Shown here piece after piece: positions 9,596 to 18,906 of a stretch of 64,000 bases of DNA. This stretch comes from Candidatus Promineifilaceae bacterium (GTDB lineage: Bacteria > Chloroflexota > Anaerolineae > Promineifilales > Promineifilaceae). The stretch spans positions 18,608 through 82,607 of the forward strand of contig JBHIWP010000002.1 of NCBI GenBank assembly GCA_041987425.1, given 5' to 3'. The translations under genes and the position numbers were made by a program. The stretch's first letter is position 1; each line of letters starts with the position of its first letter. Below the pieces are notes generated by a model. That model ran no database searches. It saw only the letters and a program-made list of their open reading frames with translations, and was not told the origin of the DNA.

Positions 9596-10464
9596 GTTAA
9601 TAACCTCTCCCATTCGATAGCGGATTGAGCAACCGTGCCCAGTTTGTCTATTTGCCGTTCGCCGTAGCTTGCACCGTCAAGCCTTGTCAGCATCTCACCT
9701 GCGAACAAATCGCACATTCGATAGTCCAGGCCGTCAACCATCGGCAAACCACAGGCCCACGCCGTGAGCGCCTTGTTGTTGCTCTTAACCTCTCCCCACG
9801 GTCCAGGGTAGGGGGGCAGCAGAGCAATATCATGAGAGGCCAATACCTCTACCTCTTTTTCTAGCGACCATTTAAGGTGGTAAATAGGGAATACATCGGA
9901 GAATTGAAAATACAAGTCAGGGCGATTGTCAAAGATGGTCAGTTCTATCTTGTACCCATTGGCTACTAATCTTTCCATGTTGGCTTTTGCCGCCCATAAC
10001 GCTACTCGGTTAGCCGCAATGCCAAACCAGATAAAGCGCACAGGTGAAACGTCATTATGTTGTCGCTGCGTGTGAAAGTGGGACAGCTTCAATCTGTCGG
10101 GAATGCAGGTGGCTAAGTCTTCCCCGTACCATTGATTAAAATCAGTAGCCAGCGCTTCTGTACTGGCAACAACGGCCGTCATATGCCGGGCAATCTCTTT
10201 ACACTCATTAGGTTGCCACCACCATGACGGGTCGCATACGTCCCAATAATGACGCACGTGTGGACTCGCTTTAATCAACGGCAGATTCGCCGTCTTTTGC
10301 CATATGCAAATATCCCCCGGGTTGTCGTAAACCTCCGTCAGGTATTTCATCTCCAAATTACCAACATCGTGCCCCCGCTCCCTTAGCGCCTCTGCTACCC
10401 AATATGCTCGCATCCGTGACGAAGCCCATTCAATAGGCCCGGCGGTTACAAAACAGATATTCAT
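9592..10464 (-). CDS. Putative glycosyltransferase (GT-B-like)
   Basis: Begins MNICFVTAGPIEWASSRMRAYW, a Rossmann-like start typical of GT1/GT4 enzymes. The start at 10464 forms an ATGA overlap with the upstream gene. Confidence 0.4.
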   Translation of the reverse strand: MNICFVTAGPIEWASSRMRAYWVAEALRERGHDVGNLEMKYLTEVYDNPGDICIWQKTANLPLIKASPHVRHYWDVCDPSWWWQPNECKEIARHMTAVVASTEALATDFNQWYGEDLATCIPDRLKLSHFHTQRQHNDVSPVRFIWFGIAANRVALWAAKANMERLVANGYKIELTIFDNRPDLYFQFSDVFPIYHLKWSLEKEVEVLASHDIALLPPYPGPWGEVKSNNKALTAWACGLPMVDGLDYRMCDLFAGEMLTRLDGASYGERQIDKLGTVAQSAIEWERLLT

Positions 10465-11213
10465 TGTGACCCCTGGTGCTCTTGCCGCGCTTTTTGTACC
10501 TGCTCTCGTAAATGGTTCGACCACTCCCGCCGGATGCTTTCGGGTGTGCCGGAATAGTCATCAGGTGACAACGGGTAACTAACAATGTGCTTAGGTCTCA
10601 CATCAGGATCGCCCCACAGCGTAAACCCGGCACGCTTGCACAGCAGCGGATAACGAATATCAGACCCCACCGGGTCTTTTGTCCCTCGCAATGGCGTGCC
10701 ATCCGGCCATGTGTCCATGTCATCTTCGATTACTTCATGCTCCCCACATAAAGACGGCCGTACGGCTTCAATCATGGCCCGGTGCATGAGCATACAGCCC
10801 CAACCGCTTGCCCCCAGCTCGTGCAAGCGCCCGCGTTCGGGGTCATCTGTGAACGGCATAAGCGGCCATTGCCCATCAAATGGCTCGAACCAAACGCTAA
10901 ACATAGGGGCAAACCGACGTCGCATATACAAGCCGCTAACGTAAGGCAGGCCATGCGAACGTAGCCGCTCTAATGTGTCGGCTTCAAATATCATGTCATG
11001 GTCAAGCAGTAGAATGTAATCGTGTTCGGAGGATAGAAATTCGTTAATGTGGAGCTGCCGCGCTTCGTATCCCTTTGTCGCCATTTTGAAGCGGGGGATA
11101 CTGTCCCCATCACGGCGCTGCAAATTCATGATAGATAGTACAGAGTGTACGGGGATTGTGTCAGGCCCAACAACGCCAATATAGGCGCTGCCGGTGTAGG
11201 TCTTTTTCATCAT
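10461..11213 (-). CDS. Putative family-2-like glycosyltransferase
   Basis: ILLLDHDMIF DxD motif. The start was set at 11213 (MMKKTY) and is preceded by a GGGGG Shine-Dalgarno sequence. Confidence 0.45.
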   Translation of the reverse strand: MMKKTYTGSAYIGVVGPDTIPVHSVLSIMNLQRRDGDSIPRFKMATKGYEARQLHINEFLSSEHDYILLLDHDMIFEADTLERLRSHGLPYVSGLYMRRRFAPMFSVWFEPFDGQWPLMPFTDDPERGRLHELGASGWGCMLMHRAMIEAVRPSLCGEHEVIEDDMDTWPDGTPLRGTKDPVGSDIRYPLLCKRAGFTLWGDPDVRPKHIVSYPLSPDDYSGTPESIRREWSNHLREQVQKARQEHQGSQ

Positions 11214-11222
11214 TGTGCCCCC

Positions 11223-11280
11223 TATGCCCTGGGGAAGGAAGCGAACGGGGGCACCAGTCCGCCGCCCTCCCCAGGGCATA
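11223..11280 (-). promoter_or_regulatory. 13-bp perfect inverted repeat (TATGCCCTGGGGA / TCCCCAGGGCATA) just downstream of the capsid gene
   Basis: Arms at 11223-11235 and 11268-11280 with a 32-nt loop. There is no clear U-tract. Confidence 0.3.
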
Positions 11281-11298
11281 AGTAAAAGTCAGAATCGA

Positions 11299-12234
11299 CT
11301 AAACGATGTCAGAGAAGAAAACGCCAGTGCTGGCAGCGACCAATTTCTGGTCCCATTGTTCCGTATGCTGCAACACGCGGCTGTTACGCCGTGCCGGGTC
11401 GTTGTATGTGGCAATCTCGCCCTCACCGCTGTCCCATGCGAACGTTTTCATGCTGGAAACGCTCATCATGTCAGCGCCGGGGGAAACAATGCACAGCAAG
11501 GCATCATCATCAATAACCGGTGACAGGCTGGCCGTTTGTCCAGTGTTGGCAGTGTTGTAAATAGCTCGGCTAACACCCAGAATGTCAATGCCCAAAACGG
11601 CCGCAAGCAAGGCCTCTACCCGCGTTACGGTTTGCGTTTCGGTGTACTGAATCAAGGTCTTAACTTCTGCATTAACAACCAGTGAATCATAAACAATCTC
11701 ACCAACAAACAGAGCATTAGGTGATTTACCCGTCAACTGGCGTACAACCCGCTTCTGCGTGCGGATGTCCTGAACGGGTACACCGCTGGCGTCATCCCAA
11801 TCGGTAGGCGTTGGGTTTGTGGTCCATACACCCGTCGTCATGAAATCAGCCGCAAAAGCGATCTCTTTACGCAGGTTGCTTTGGTGTGCCAACCACTCAA
11901 GCCCCACCTGGTCAAGGCGCATGTGTACCTGGCTGGTACGCTCGTGTTCTACAGGGATCACGTGCTCCAGACCCCATTGCAGCGTCTTGTAGGTGTCAGA
12001 CCCGAACGTATAGCCGCCCTGTGCGTAGGTATCGCCATAGGCGCGGCGTTCCAGCTTGTCAGCAAACCAATGCTTTTGTTCGATGGTTAGATACGTGCCC
12101 GATTCCTCGTTCACCGGCACCACAGGGGCAGCACGGCGGGCGATGAAGTCGTTGTCATCATTCATGTAAGCAATCAGCATATTGGTCAATAGCGGATTGG
12201 CTACAGGTCGTAGTTGTGCAACTGTTGGTCTCAT
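11299..12234 (-). CDS. Major capsid protein (lambda gpE-like family suspected)
   Basis: 311 aa, following the decoration and protease-scaffold genes. The gene order fits the Mu-I protease / DUF2190 / capsid-E type head module. Confidence 0.7.
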   Translation of the reverse strand: MRPTVAQLRPVANPLLTNMLIAYMNDDNDFIARRAAPVVPVNEESGTYLTIEQKHWFADKLERRAYGDTYAQGGYTFGSDTYKTLQWGLEHVIPVEHERTSQVHMRLDQVGLEWLAHQSNLRKEIAFAADFMTTGVWTTNPTPTDWDDASGVPVQDIRTQKRVVRQLTGKSPNALFVGEIVYDSLVVNAEVKTLIQYTETQTVTRVEALLAAVLGIDILGVSRAIYNTANTGQTASLSPVIDDDALLCIVSPGADMMSVSSMKTFAWDSGEGEIATYNDPARRNSRVLQHTEQWDQKLVAASTGVFFSDIV

Positions 12235-12246
12235 TTGGCTTCCCCC

Positions 12247-12609
12247 TTAGTACAGAATGGCCCGCAGCTCGTCACCGATGGCGCTTTTTGATTCGAGCAA
12301 TTGACCAAACGTTTGCCCAGAGGCGGCGATAGCACGGCCGGTAGTATCGAATTGAATCTCAGTACCACGCGTTAGCGTGCCCGTACCAGCAACTACCGTG
12401 ACAACGCCCAAACGGGCAACGGTAGCAGCTTCATTCGCTGCGTCTGGTGCATCCATTAACACGCCCGCAATCACTTCTGTGGTGGCTGTTAAGGCTACGA
12501 TTACATCGGCCGTACTGGCGTGCTTCACAGCATGGTATTGCTTGCTGCTTAGATCGCCCTGAACGTACAGGCCGGGAATGGTCGTGTAATTTCCATGTGT
12601 ATCGCTCAT
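12247..12609 (-). CDS. Head decoration protein (DUF2190-like)
   Basis: 120 aa, Ala/Gly/Thr/Val-rich, lying between the protease-scaffold and capsid genes. Confidence 0.55.
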   Translation of the reverse strand: MSDTHGNYTTIPGLYVQGDLSSKQYHAVKHASTADVIVALTATTEVIAGVLMDAPDAANEAATVARLGVVTVVAGTGTLTRGTEIQFDTTGRAIAASGQTFGQLLESKSAIGDELRAILY

Positions 12610-13595
12610 TTCGTCACCGCCTCAAATAGTTCTGGACGCTCCATTGCCAGACGGGAAACGGCCGCATTAAAGCTAACTTTATGCTCTGCTGCGTATTCCG
12701 TTGCCAGCTTGACGATTGTGTCCTGGCTAGGTGGGTTGCCGTCGCCTACTACCCCTACGTCGCCAGTCAAGGCGGCTTCGTTAATCTGTGCAGACAGGGC
12801 CTTGAATTTCGTCACCAGCTTGTCAGCATCCTCTTGCGGGAGCCGGGCAAGAATGGTGTGTAATTCGTGGTCGTCTGCTACGGCCGGGGATTCGCTTAAC
12901 GCAGTGCTAAATTTAGCGATACGTTCAGCAGCAGCGGCGGCGGCTTCCATCTTCTCTACTTTTGCTGCGTACTCTGCCACTTTTGCCCGTTCCGCTTGCA
13001 ATTCGGCTTCAAACTTGCTTACCTCTGGCTGCGGTTCAGGCTGTGGAGCTGGTTCACCTTCACGGTTAAGAATATTCTTAACCCATGCGTTGAACTGCTC
13101 AAACAGCGGCGTCGGTACTTGTGTCATTTCAGACATATTGTTACCTCCGTATTTCTCAACATGATAAAAAGCCGCAGCCTCCCCCAAAGCCGGGTTATGC
13201 AGCAGCGCATCACCCATAATGATGGGTGGGTAAATCTTTTCTCCAGTTAATGAATTGAGTAAATAACCTTCTGTGATTATTTCCGGTGAATGGTATCTAA
13301 ATGACCCCTGATTGACGGCTGCTGTGCCATTGTCATTCCATTCGGGGATTACATACAGACCGTCCGCTCGCACCTCAAGCCCTAGCATGTGCCCACCTGC
13401 GGGCGTTTCATCCCTGTGGCTACCCAGTTTAATTGGGGGCTTAAAGTGGGGGAGCTTGACGGTGGCTGCATATTCAGGGGTGAGGTTTATCGTCTTACCG
13501 TTTTTGTGAATCAATCCAAAGGGAAACAAGCGGTATGGCTCCCCCACCCGCGTATTCACAAAACGGTCGATTAAATAGATAGATTCTGCACCCAT
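12606..13595 (-). CDS. Capsid maturation protease with C-terminal scaffold region (Mu protein I-like)
   Basis: N-terminal globular domain (FPFGLIHKNGKTINLT, GSHRDETPAGGH) followed by an Ala/Glu/Lys coiled-coil tail. Confidence 0.55.
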   Translation of the reverse strand: MGAESIYLIDRFVNTRVGEPYRLFPFGLIHKNGKTINLTPEYAATVKLPHFKPPIKLGSHRDETPAGGHMLGLEVRADGLYVIPEWNDNGTAAVNQGSFRYHSPEIITEGYLLNSLTGEKIYPPIIMGDALLHNPALGEAAAFYHVEKYGGNNMSEMTQVPTPLFEQFNAWVKNILNREGEPAPQPEPQPEVSKFEAELQAERAKVAEYAAKVEKMEAAAAAAERIAKFSTALSESPAVADDHELHTILARLPQEDADKLVTKFKALSAQINEAALTGDVGVVGDGNPPSQDTIVKLATEYAAEHKVSFNAAVSRLAMERPELFEAVTK

Positions 13596-13634
13596 GCTGA
13601 TAACTTACAGCATGGAATGTAAAACCTCTTTGTA

Positions 13635-13838
13635 TTAGGTGTGATTAAACCGCCGCCAGCGGCTTTCCTCTGTACGGTAGATAGGGGTTACACGGCTTAA
13701 GCCGTGTAATATGTATGACGCGGCTTGATGCGTGATGTCAAACTGTAACATAATATCGCGGGGGGTTAGCTCCTCACCTACTGCTAACTGCCAGGCAACC
13801 CACGCCGCTTTTTCTTGCGGTGTGAAGTCTGTTGTCAT
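13635..13838 (-). CDS. Small phage protein, unknown function
   Basis: 67-aa ORF in the head module. Confidence 0.35.
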   Translation of the reverse strand: MTTDFTPQEKAAWVAWQLAVGEELTPRDIMLQFDITHQAASYILHGLSRVTPIYRTEESRWRRFNHT

Positions 13839-13852
13839 TGTCCTTTGTCCTG

Positions 13853-14320
13853 TTACCTGCCGTCAAGCCACCTTGCCAACTCATCAACGGCCGTATCATG
13901 CAGCCTGATAATGCCTGCCATTGCCCGCTTGGCAACGGTCTTAAGTGTCCACCACCTGCCAACAAACATTTCTTTCTGCGTGCCCTCGCCAATAACATCA
14001 GGCGCATAACTCAGGCTTGACCCAAACTCGCCTTGATACGCTGCCCCCACTTTGCGCGTGGTCTGTATGGTAGCCCGGCCAATAGGCCCGCCCGATTGCG
14101 TTACACCCAGGCTACGGCCTAACGTGCCGGTACGTCTGTATGACTGATTAGGGCGCGGCTTGGGATAGCTCGGCACGCTGCTTTGTACATGCAATAATGA
14201 CGCTTGCATGGTCTTTTCCATTACCCGGCTAAACTCATTCGGGTAACGGCTAAACCGCTGCATTAAATCACGCGGGGTCATGATGACTTCGATACTTGAA
14301 TCAGCCATACGCCACCTCAA
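13853..14320 (-). CDS. Phage structural/morphogenesis protein, unknown family
   Basis: 155-aa ORF coupled to the upstream head morphogenesis gene. Confidence 0.4.
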   Translation of the reverse strand: MRWRMADSSIEVIMTPRDLMQRFSRYPNEFSRVMEKTMQASLLHVQSSVPSYPKPRPNQSYRRTGTLGRSLGVTQSGGPIGRATIQTTRKVGAAYQGEFGSSLSYAPDVIGEGTQKEMFVGRWWTLKTVAKRAMAGIIRLHDTAVDELARWLDGR

Positions 14321-15068
14321 ACTTACCCGCCTTCACATCAGCAAAGAATTGCCCGGCTAACACGTCGCCAATGGACTGCCGTAACAACTCCTCACTTACA
14401 AACGGCTGTAACCAACAGCGGCAACGGGGATGAAACGGCGGTGCTATGGCGCTGGTGCCCACGTTGGCAAGCATCCCATTGGCCCGCATTAATGCCGCCT
14501 CTGGATTCCACCTGTCACCCATGAGCGCCCGCATAGCATCGCTTTGGGCCATTGTCTCAGGCGATAGGGTAAAGCTGCTGTTGAGTTCCACTACTGTGCC
14601 GTGTAGCGGCTGGCAGAAGGGGCAAACAAGCTCATCATTGGCCGTTTGCCAACGTTTACCGCTTACTACCCGCGTCCCTTCCCATAGCATCATATTGCCC
14701 TGAGCAAACACGCGGGTAACTTCTGTAATGGCTATCATTTCGGCACGCTTAGGGCCAAAGATAGGCGTTAAACGTGTAATGAGGCTGGGTAACGGATCGC
14801 CGCTTTGCATCCACTGGCGTATTGCTTCGATGGTTTGCTGGCGTGTGGTCTCTGTAATCCCTGCCACTGTGGAGAGGCGGTATTGGTCTAAGAACTGGAG
14901 AGCCGCCCGGTTCACAAAGTCCCAATCAACAAGGTTTTGCAGTGCCGGGGGAAGCTGGGCAACGGCCGTTTCTATCCCTTGCAATAGGGCAATCATCGTC
15001 AAGCCTTCCAACGATTCCCAAAATACGGCATCTTCGTTACGCCAGAATGAGAAGTCCAATGGGGTCAT
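14301..15068 (-). CDS. Head morphogenesis protein (SPP1 gp7 / Mu F-like)
   Basis: Follows the portal gene. Carries the CPFC ... HPRCRC cysteine/histidine signature seen in this family. Confidence 0.7.
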   Translation of the reverse strand: MTPLDFSFWRNEDAVFWESLEGLTMIALLQGIETAVAQLPPALQNLVDWDFVNRAALQFLDQYRLSTVAGITETTRQQTIEAIRQWMQSGDPLPSLITRLTPIFGPKRAEMIAITEVTRVFAQGNMMLWEGTRVVSGKRWQTANDELVCPFCQPLHGTVVELNSSFTLSPETMAQSDAMRALMGDRWNPEAALMRANGMLANVGTSAIAPPFHPRCRCWLQPFVSEELLRQSIGDVLAGQFFADVKAGKFEVAYG

Positions 15069-16591
15069 AGCTTACGCGCCCCCCGCTCTACACGCTTCAG
15101 TGCATCCTTGAAATAGCCGTTTGCCGTGCGATACCAGCGTCGCTCCAGTTTGCGCCGTTCGTTATCATCCGGCGCGTTACCAGCCTCAAATAGCGTTACG
15201 GCATTGTCGTCACGTTCGGGCATGTCGCTATCGTCGTTTTGTTGGTTACGGCCGTTTGGTGGTTGCCCGCGCTGCATGGCCTCTTGTATCATGCGCTGTC
15301 TTTCTTCTGCTTTGCGGTCGGCTTCCTCTTGCAGTTCTGTGATTTCATCCTCAGTCTTTTCCGGCATACCGAAGATTGACCGTATCTGGACCTCATCTTC
15401 TGGTGTCCAGTTCACACCACCGCCCACGGCCTTGATAAAGTCAATCATCATGTTTGTGTCTACATCACCCGCCGGGCTATGTTCTAGCTTGATATTGTCC
15501 GGTTCACGGCCGTTCAGTTCTAGCAATCGCTGTACGGCGTGCTTGGTGAACGTTTCCGCTATCGTATCGGCAAAGGCATCTACTGCCATCGTGAAAAATG
15601 ATACGTCGCTTTCTGCCTTTGACTGCGTGCCCACGCCATTAATACCTAAGATGGTAAACTGTGCCAATGCAGCCAGCAACACCTTTTGGTCATAGTCGCT
15701 TATAGTCGTGTTCAATGCCATAAACACCTGAGCATTGCCCGCGCTCATCAGGTCCACCTCCCACATGTGCATTTCGCCCTCACCCGTCGGTGGGGGAATG
15801 ACAATGCCGCCCTGTTCGTCAACACGAATGTTACGGGCGATCTCTTTTGCGCGGGTATGATCGTCACTTCCCTCGCTGCCGTCGCTGCCATAGGGCATAC
15901 GCACCTTAGGCATACCCGCCGCATGTCGTTCGTAACCTATGGCGCGTATCTCTTCCAAGTTTGTGCCATAGTAAAAGCTAGTCCAGGCGGGCCGCAAGAT
16001 GCTCTCCCCCTCTGGATTGCCCCCGGCATGACGAAATCGGATGACTAGCATCCGTTCTACAGGTATCGGGTCTCTCCACAGGTGCGGGTATTGCTGCAAG
16101 CCAAGTAACCCGCCGTCTTGTGCAAATATCCAGTCCATATGGGTTTCATGGCCCAGCATCTTGAACTTACGCCATAGCAAACGGCCGTCTTTACGCTCGT
16201 ACTTATTTGTGAACGTGGTCCAGCCATAGAAGGCGCTCAGCACCGCATCACTGATAAAATCTGCCCATGAATGCGTAAGGTTATTAAACGCCTCATTGAC
16301 TAACTCTAAATCAGGGTCATCTTGCCCCAATTCGCTGGTGAAAAACCAGTCTACCTTACGTATGGACATCTCAATAGCCAGGCGTAACGCGCCGCCAATA
16401 AGCGGGCTATTCTTGACCATCCGGTCAACCGTCTTGACCTTCTTTTGCGTCGTTTTCCAATCGTCAAGAAAATCATCCATGACGATACCAAACCGCTCAC
16501 GCTGCCCACTGGCTCCGATGTCCTTTGTCAATGAACCAGTTGGCAAACGGCCGTTGCTGCCATTCACTCTATATTCTGCTACTTGTTCCAT
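15065..16591 (-). CDS. Portal protein
   Basis: 508 aa, immediately downstream of TerL, with an acidic/basic C-terminal tail. Confidence 0.8.
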   Translation of the reverse strand: MEQVAEYRVNGSNGRLPTGSLTKDIGASGQRERFGIVMDDFLDDWKTTQKKVKTVDRMVKNSPLIGGALRLAIEMSIRKVDWFFTSELGQDDPDLELVNEAFNNLTHSWADFISDAVLSAFYGWTTFTNKYERKDGRLLWRKFKMLGHETHMDWIFAQDGGLLGLQQYPHLWRDPIPVERMLVIRFRHAGGNPEGESILRPAWTSFYYGTNLEEIRAIGYERHAAGMPKVRMPYGSDGSEGSDDHTRAKEIARNIRVDEQGGIVIPPPTGEGEMHMWEVDLMSAGNAQVFMALNTTISDYDQKVLLAALAQFTILGINGVGTQSKAESDVSFFTMAVDAFADTIAETFTKHAVQRLLELNGREPDNIKLEHSPAGDVDTNMMIDFIKAVGGGVNWTPEDEVQIRSIFGMPEKTEDEITELQEEADRKAEERQRMIQEAMQRGQPPNGRNQQNDDSDMPERDDNAVTLFEAGNAPDDNERRKLERRWYRTANGYFKDALKRVERGARKL

Positions 16592-18105
16592 TAGAATTTA
16601 CCCCACCTGCCCCCATTGTTACCGTTGCTAAAGCTGCCCCACCGTGAATTATACTCGCTTTCTGTCTGAATTGAACCGGACGCCACATGAGGCAGATACT
16701 TAAAGCCACCGGATGCGGCATCTACCGGGTCTTTGATGCCATTAGGAAAAGATGTCAAGATGTTTAACAGGCGTTCATTCCAATGCCCCTTAATAATCTT
16801 GACGTTACGCGCCTCACACTGCGCGGCTAATGGCTCGGCTCTCAATACCTTGTCACCCGTTGGCTTATCTGCCTGAATCACATAGCCTGGATTGCGAATG
16901 ATGGTCGCCTGTGCCGATTCCTTGCCGCCGCTCCCCGGCTCCTGTTCGATGTAGGTGTAAACACGGCCGTACTTTGCCGCGTCTATCTCCAAGGTCTGAC
17001 TAATTATCTTCTCGCGTTCAGCAGCTTCCCACTGCCCCATAATCATGTCACAAATAAAATAAGTGCCCTTGTATGCAGCCAGTAAGACGCCCGCCGTGTA
17101 TGCGCCCGCGTCTTTTGTCCCTGCTTTGTCCCAATAGCGCACATAATGAGACTTTGACGGCACCTGATTAACAATATCAAACCATTCACGCTTAAACATG
17201 CCGCCCTCGCGTGGTGACGGCCGTTGCTGGTAAAGCGCCGCCCAAAAGTATGAGCCTATGCGCTTCTTTATCTTTTCTAGCTTTTCAATTGTGTAGCGTT
17301 CAGCAGCTAATGGCTCCCCCACTTTTCGGCTATCATGTTCTACCGTACAAGAATCGGCATATGCTGGCCTGTCTGGTTCCTTAATGGCTTCAAAGTCCAC
17401 AATATGCCAGTTCTCCGGCTCTTCCTCGTATTCCTTATTGAGTAGGTACCCGCTTAAGTCATCCTCATGCCAGCGCGTTTGAATCACGATAATTGCCGCG
17501 CCCGGTTCCTCTCTGGTGTAAAAGGTTGAATCGTACCAGTCCTTTTGTTTGGCCCGTATCGTTTCACTGGCTGCTTCTTCTGCGTTCTTAAGCGGGTCGT
17601 CGATGATACCCAGGTGGAAGCCCTTACCCGTGATAGGCCCGCCCACGCCAGCCGCCCACAGCCCGCCGCCCTGGTTGGTTTCCCAATGCTTGACGGCCGC
17701 TGCGTCATGCTTCACTTGCCCACCTGCGCGGGTATAGTTGTCTCGTGAATTGCGGGAGAAGGTATAGGCCAATTCAGCAGCGTATGAATTAATACCCACC
17801 CAGCGCCCAGGGTGCTTTAGCAAATAGTAAGCAGAGAATAAGCGGCTAACTAATTCGCTTTTCCCATGACGCGGCGGCATGAATATCATGAGCCGGTCTA
17901 TTTCACCGTCTGCCACCTTTTGCAGTACGGCCGCTAGTTGCTTCACATGGGGATACCATTGGTAACGGGGATTAACTGAGGTAACGAAGTCGATGAAAGA
18001 ACCGGCCGTCGCCTGGGTCACAGATTCTTCGGCCTCTATCCTGTCGGCTTCGGGCCATAAATGTTTGTACCTCAGTGAAGGGGGAAGGTTAGTCGCTACG
18101 GTCAT
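16591..18105 (-). CDS. terL: Terminase large subunit
   Basis: 504 aa. Walker-A-like PPRHGKSE, IIDDP Walker B, and a C-terminal nuclease-type acidic region. Lies between TerS and the portal. Confidence 0.85.
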   Translation of the reverse strand: MTVATNLPPSLRYKHLWPEADRIEAEESVTQATAGSFIDFVTSVNPRYQWYPHVKQLAAVLQKVADGEIDRLMIFMPPRHGKSELVSRLFSAYYLLKHPGRWVGINSYAAELAYTFSRNSRDNYTRAGGQVKHDAAAVKHWETNQGGGLWAAGVGGPITGKGFHLGIIDDPLKNAEEAASETIRAKQKDWYDSTFYTREEPGAAIIVIQTRWHEDDLSGYLLNKEYEEEPENWHIVDFEAIKEPDRPAYADSCTVEHDSRKVGEPLAAERYTIEKLEKIKKRIGSYFWAALYQQRPSPREGGMFKREWFDIVNQVPSKSHYVRYWDKAGTKDAGAYTAGVLLAAYKGTYFICDMIMGQWEAAEREKIISQTLEIDAAKYGRVYTYIEQEPGSGGKESAQATIIRNPGYVIQADKPTGDKVLRAEPLAAQCEARNVKIIKGHWNERLLNILTSFPNGIKDPVDAASGGFKYLPHVASGSIQTESEYNSRWGSFSNGNNGGRWGKF

Positions 18106-18442
18106 TCAAGAGGTTAAGCAGGTCCAGCTTTATACCATCTGTCTCGCCCTGCGAATATTTGAGCCAATCTAACAAGTCTTTTTCAGTTTTGATATCAGGG
18201 GTATTTTCTTTTACAAACTGGCGTATAACACGGTTCGCAATTCGCAATCTCTCCGCACGGCTGGCAATGCCTACCATGTGAGAAAGACGGTCAACCTCTT
18301 GGCTAAATTCGGGGATGTCAAGCCAACGGCGTACCGTTCTGTCGGTTACACCACCGTTGTCCGCTGCCTCTTGCTGGGTAAGTCCCTTTGCAAGAGAGAG
18401 CGCAACCTTTTCTTTTGCGTCAGTCCACTTTAATTCGGACAT
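18089..18442 (-). CDS. terS: Terminase small subunit (HTH)
   Basis: 117 aa with a helix-turn-helix (LTQQEAADNGGVTDRTVRRW). Overlaps the terL start. Confidence 0.65.
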   Translation of the reverse strand: MSELKWTDAKEKVALSLAKGLTQQEAADNGGVTDRTVRRWLDIPEFSQEVDRLSHMVGIASRAERLRIANRVIRQFVKENTPDIKTEKDLLDWLKYSQGETDGIKLDLLNLLNDRSD

Positions 18443-18582
18443 TTCTAGGACACCTAGCCCCCGATTGCACCATCTGTCATCATCCTGCCTCCTGCCACGC
18501 TAACAATACTATCAACGTTACCTTACAGTATACATAAATTGGCTCTATGTGTACAGAGGTAAGGCGGGGGCAGTGGGGCCAA

Positions 18583-18864
18583 TTAGTCAAAACCATACGC
18601 CTCACATACGGCGTTATGCAATTCCTCAATCGTAGGTGCTGCTATCGTGTCAACATGAGTACGATACTGTTTCACCATTGCTTTAAATAGATTGTCGTTT
18701 GTGTCATACCATACCGCTGCGTGAAAGTTCCAGCCAGGATAATCAGCATAGCAATCGCCGCCTTTTAATCTCTCTGCAATTTCATAATCAATCGCATGGT
18801 CAAAGTTTGATACTACACTCACCCCCAAATATTCAAGGTTCTCTGGTCTTATTGCAATGCTCAT
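18583..18864 (-). CDS. Phage protein, unknown function
   Basis: 93-aa ORF. Confidence 0.4.
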   Translation of the reverse strand: MSIAIRPENLEYLGVSVVSNFDHAIDYEIAERLKGGDCYADYPGWNFHAAVWYDTNDNLFKAMVKQYRTHVDTIAAPTIEELHNAVCEAYGFD

Positions 18865-18906
18865 TCACTCACCATCCCGGCATCTATCGCCAATTCTAGT
18901 ATCTTG

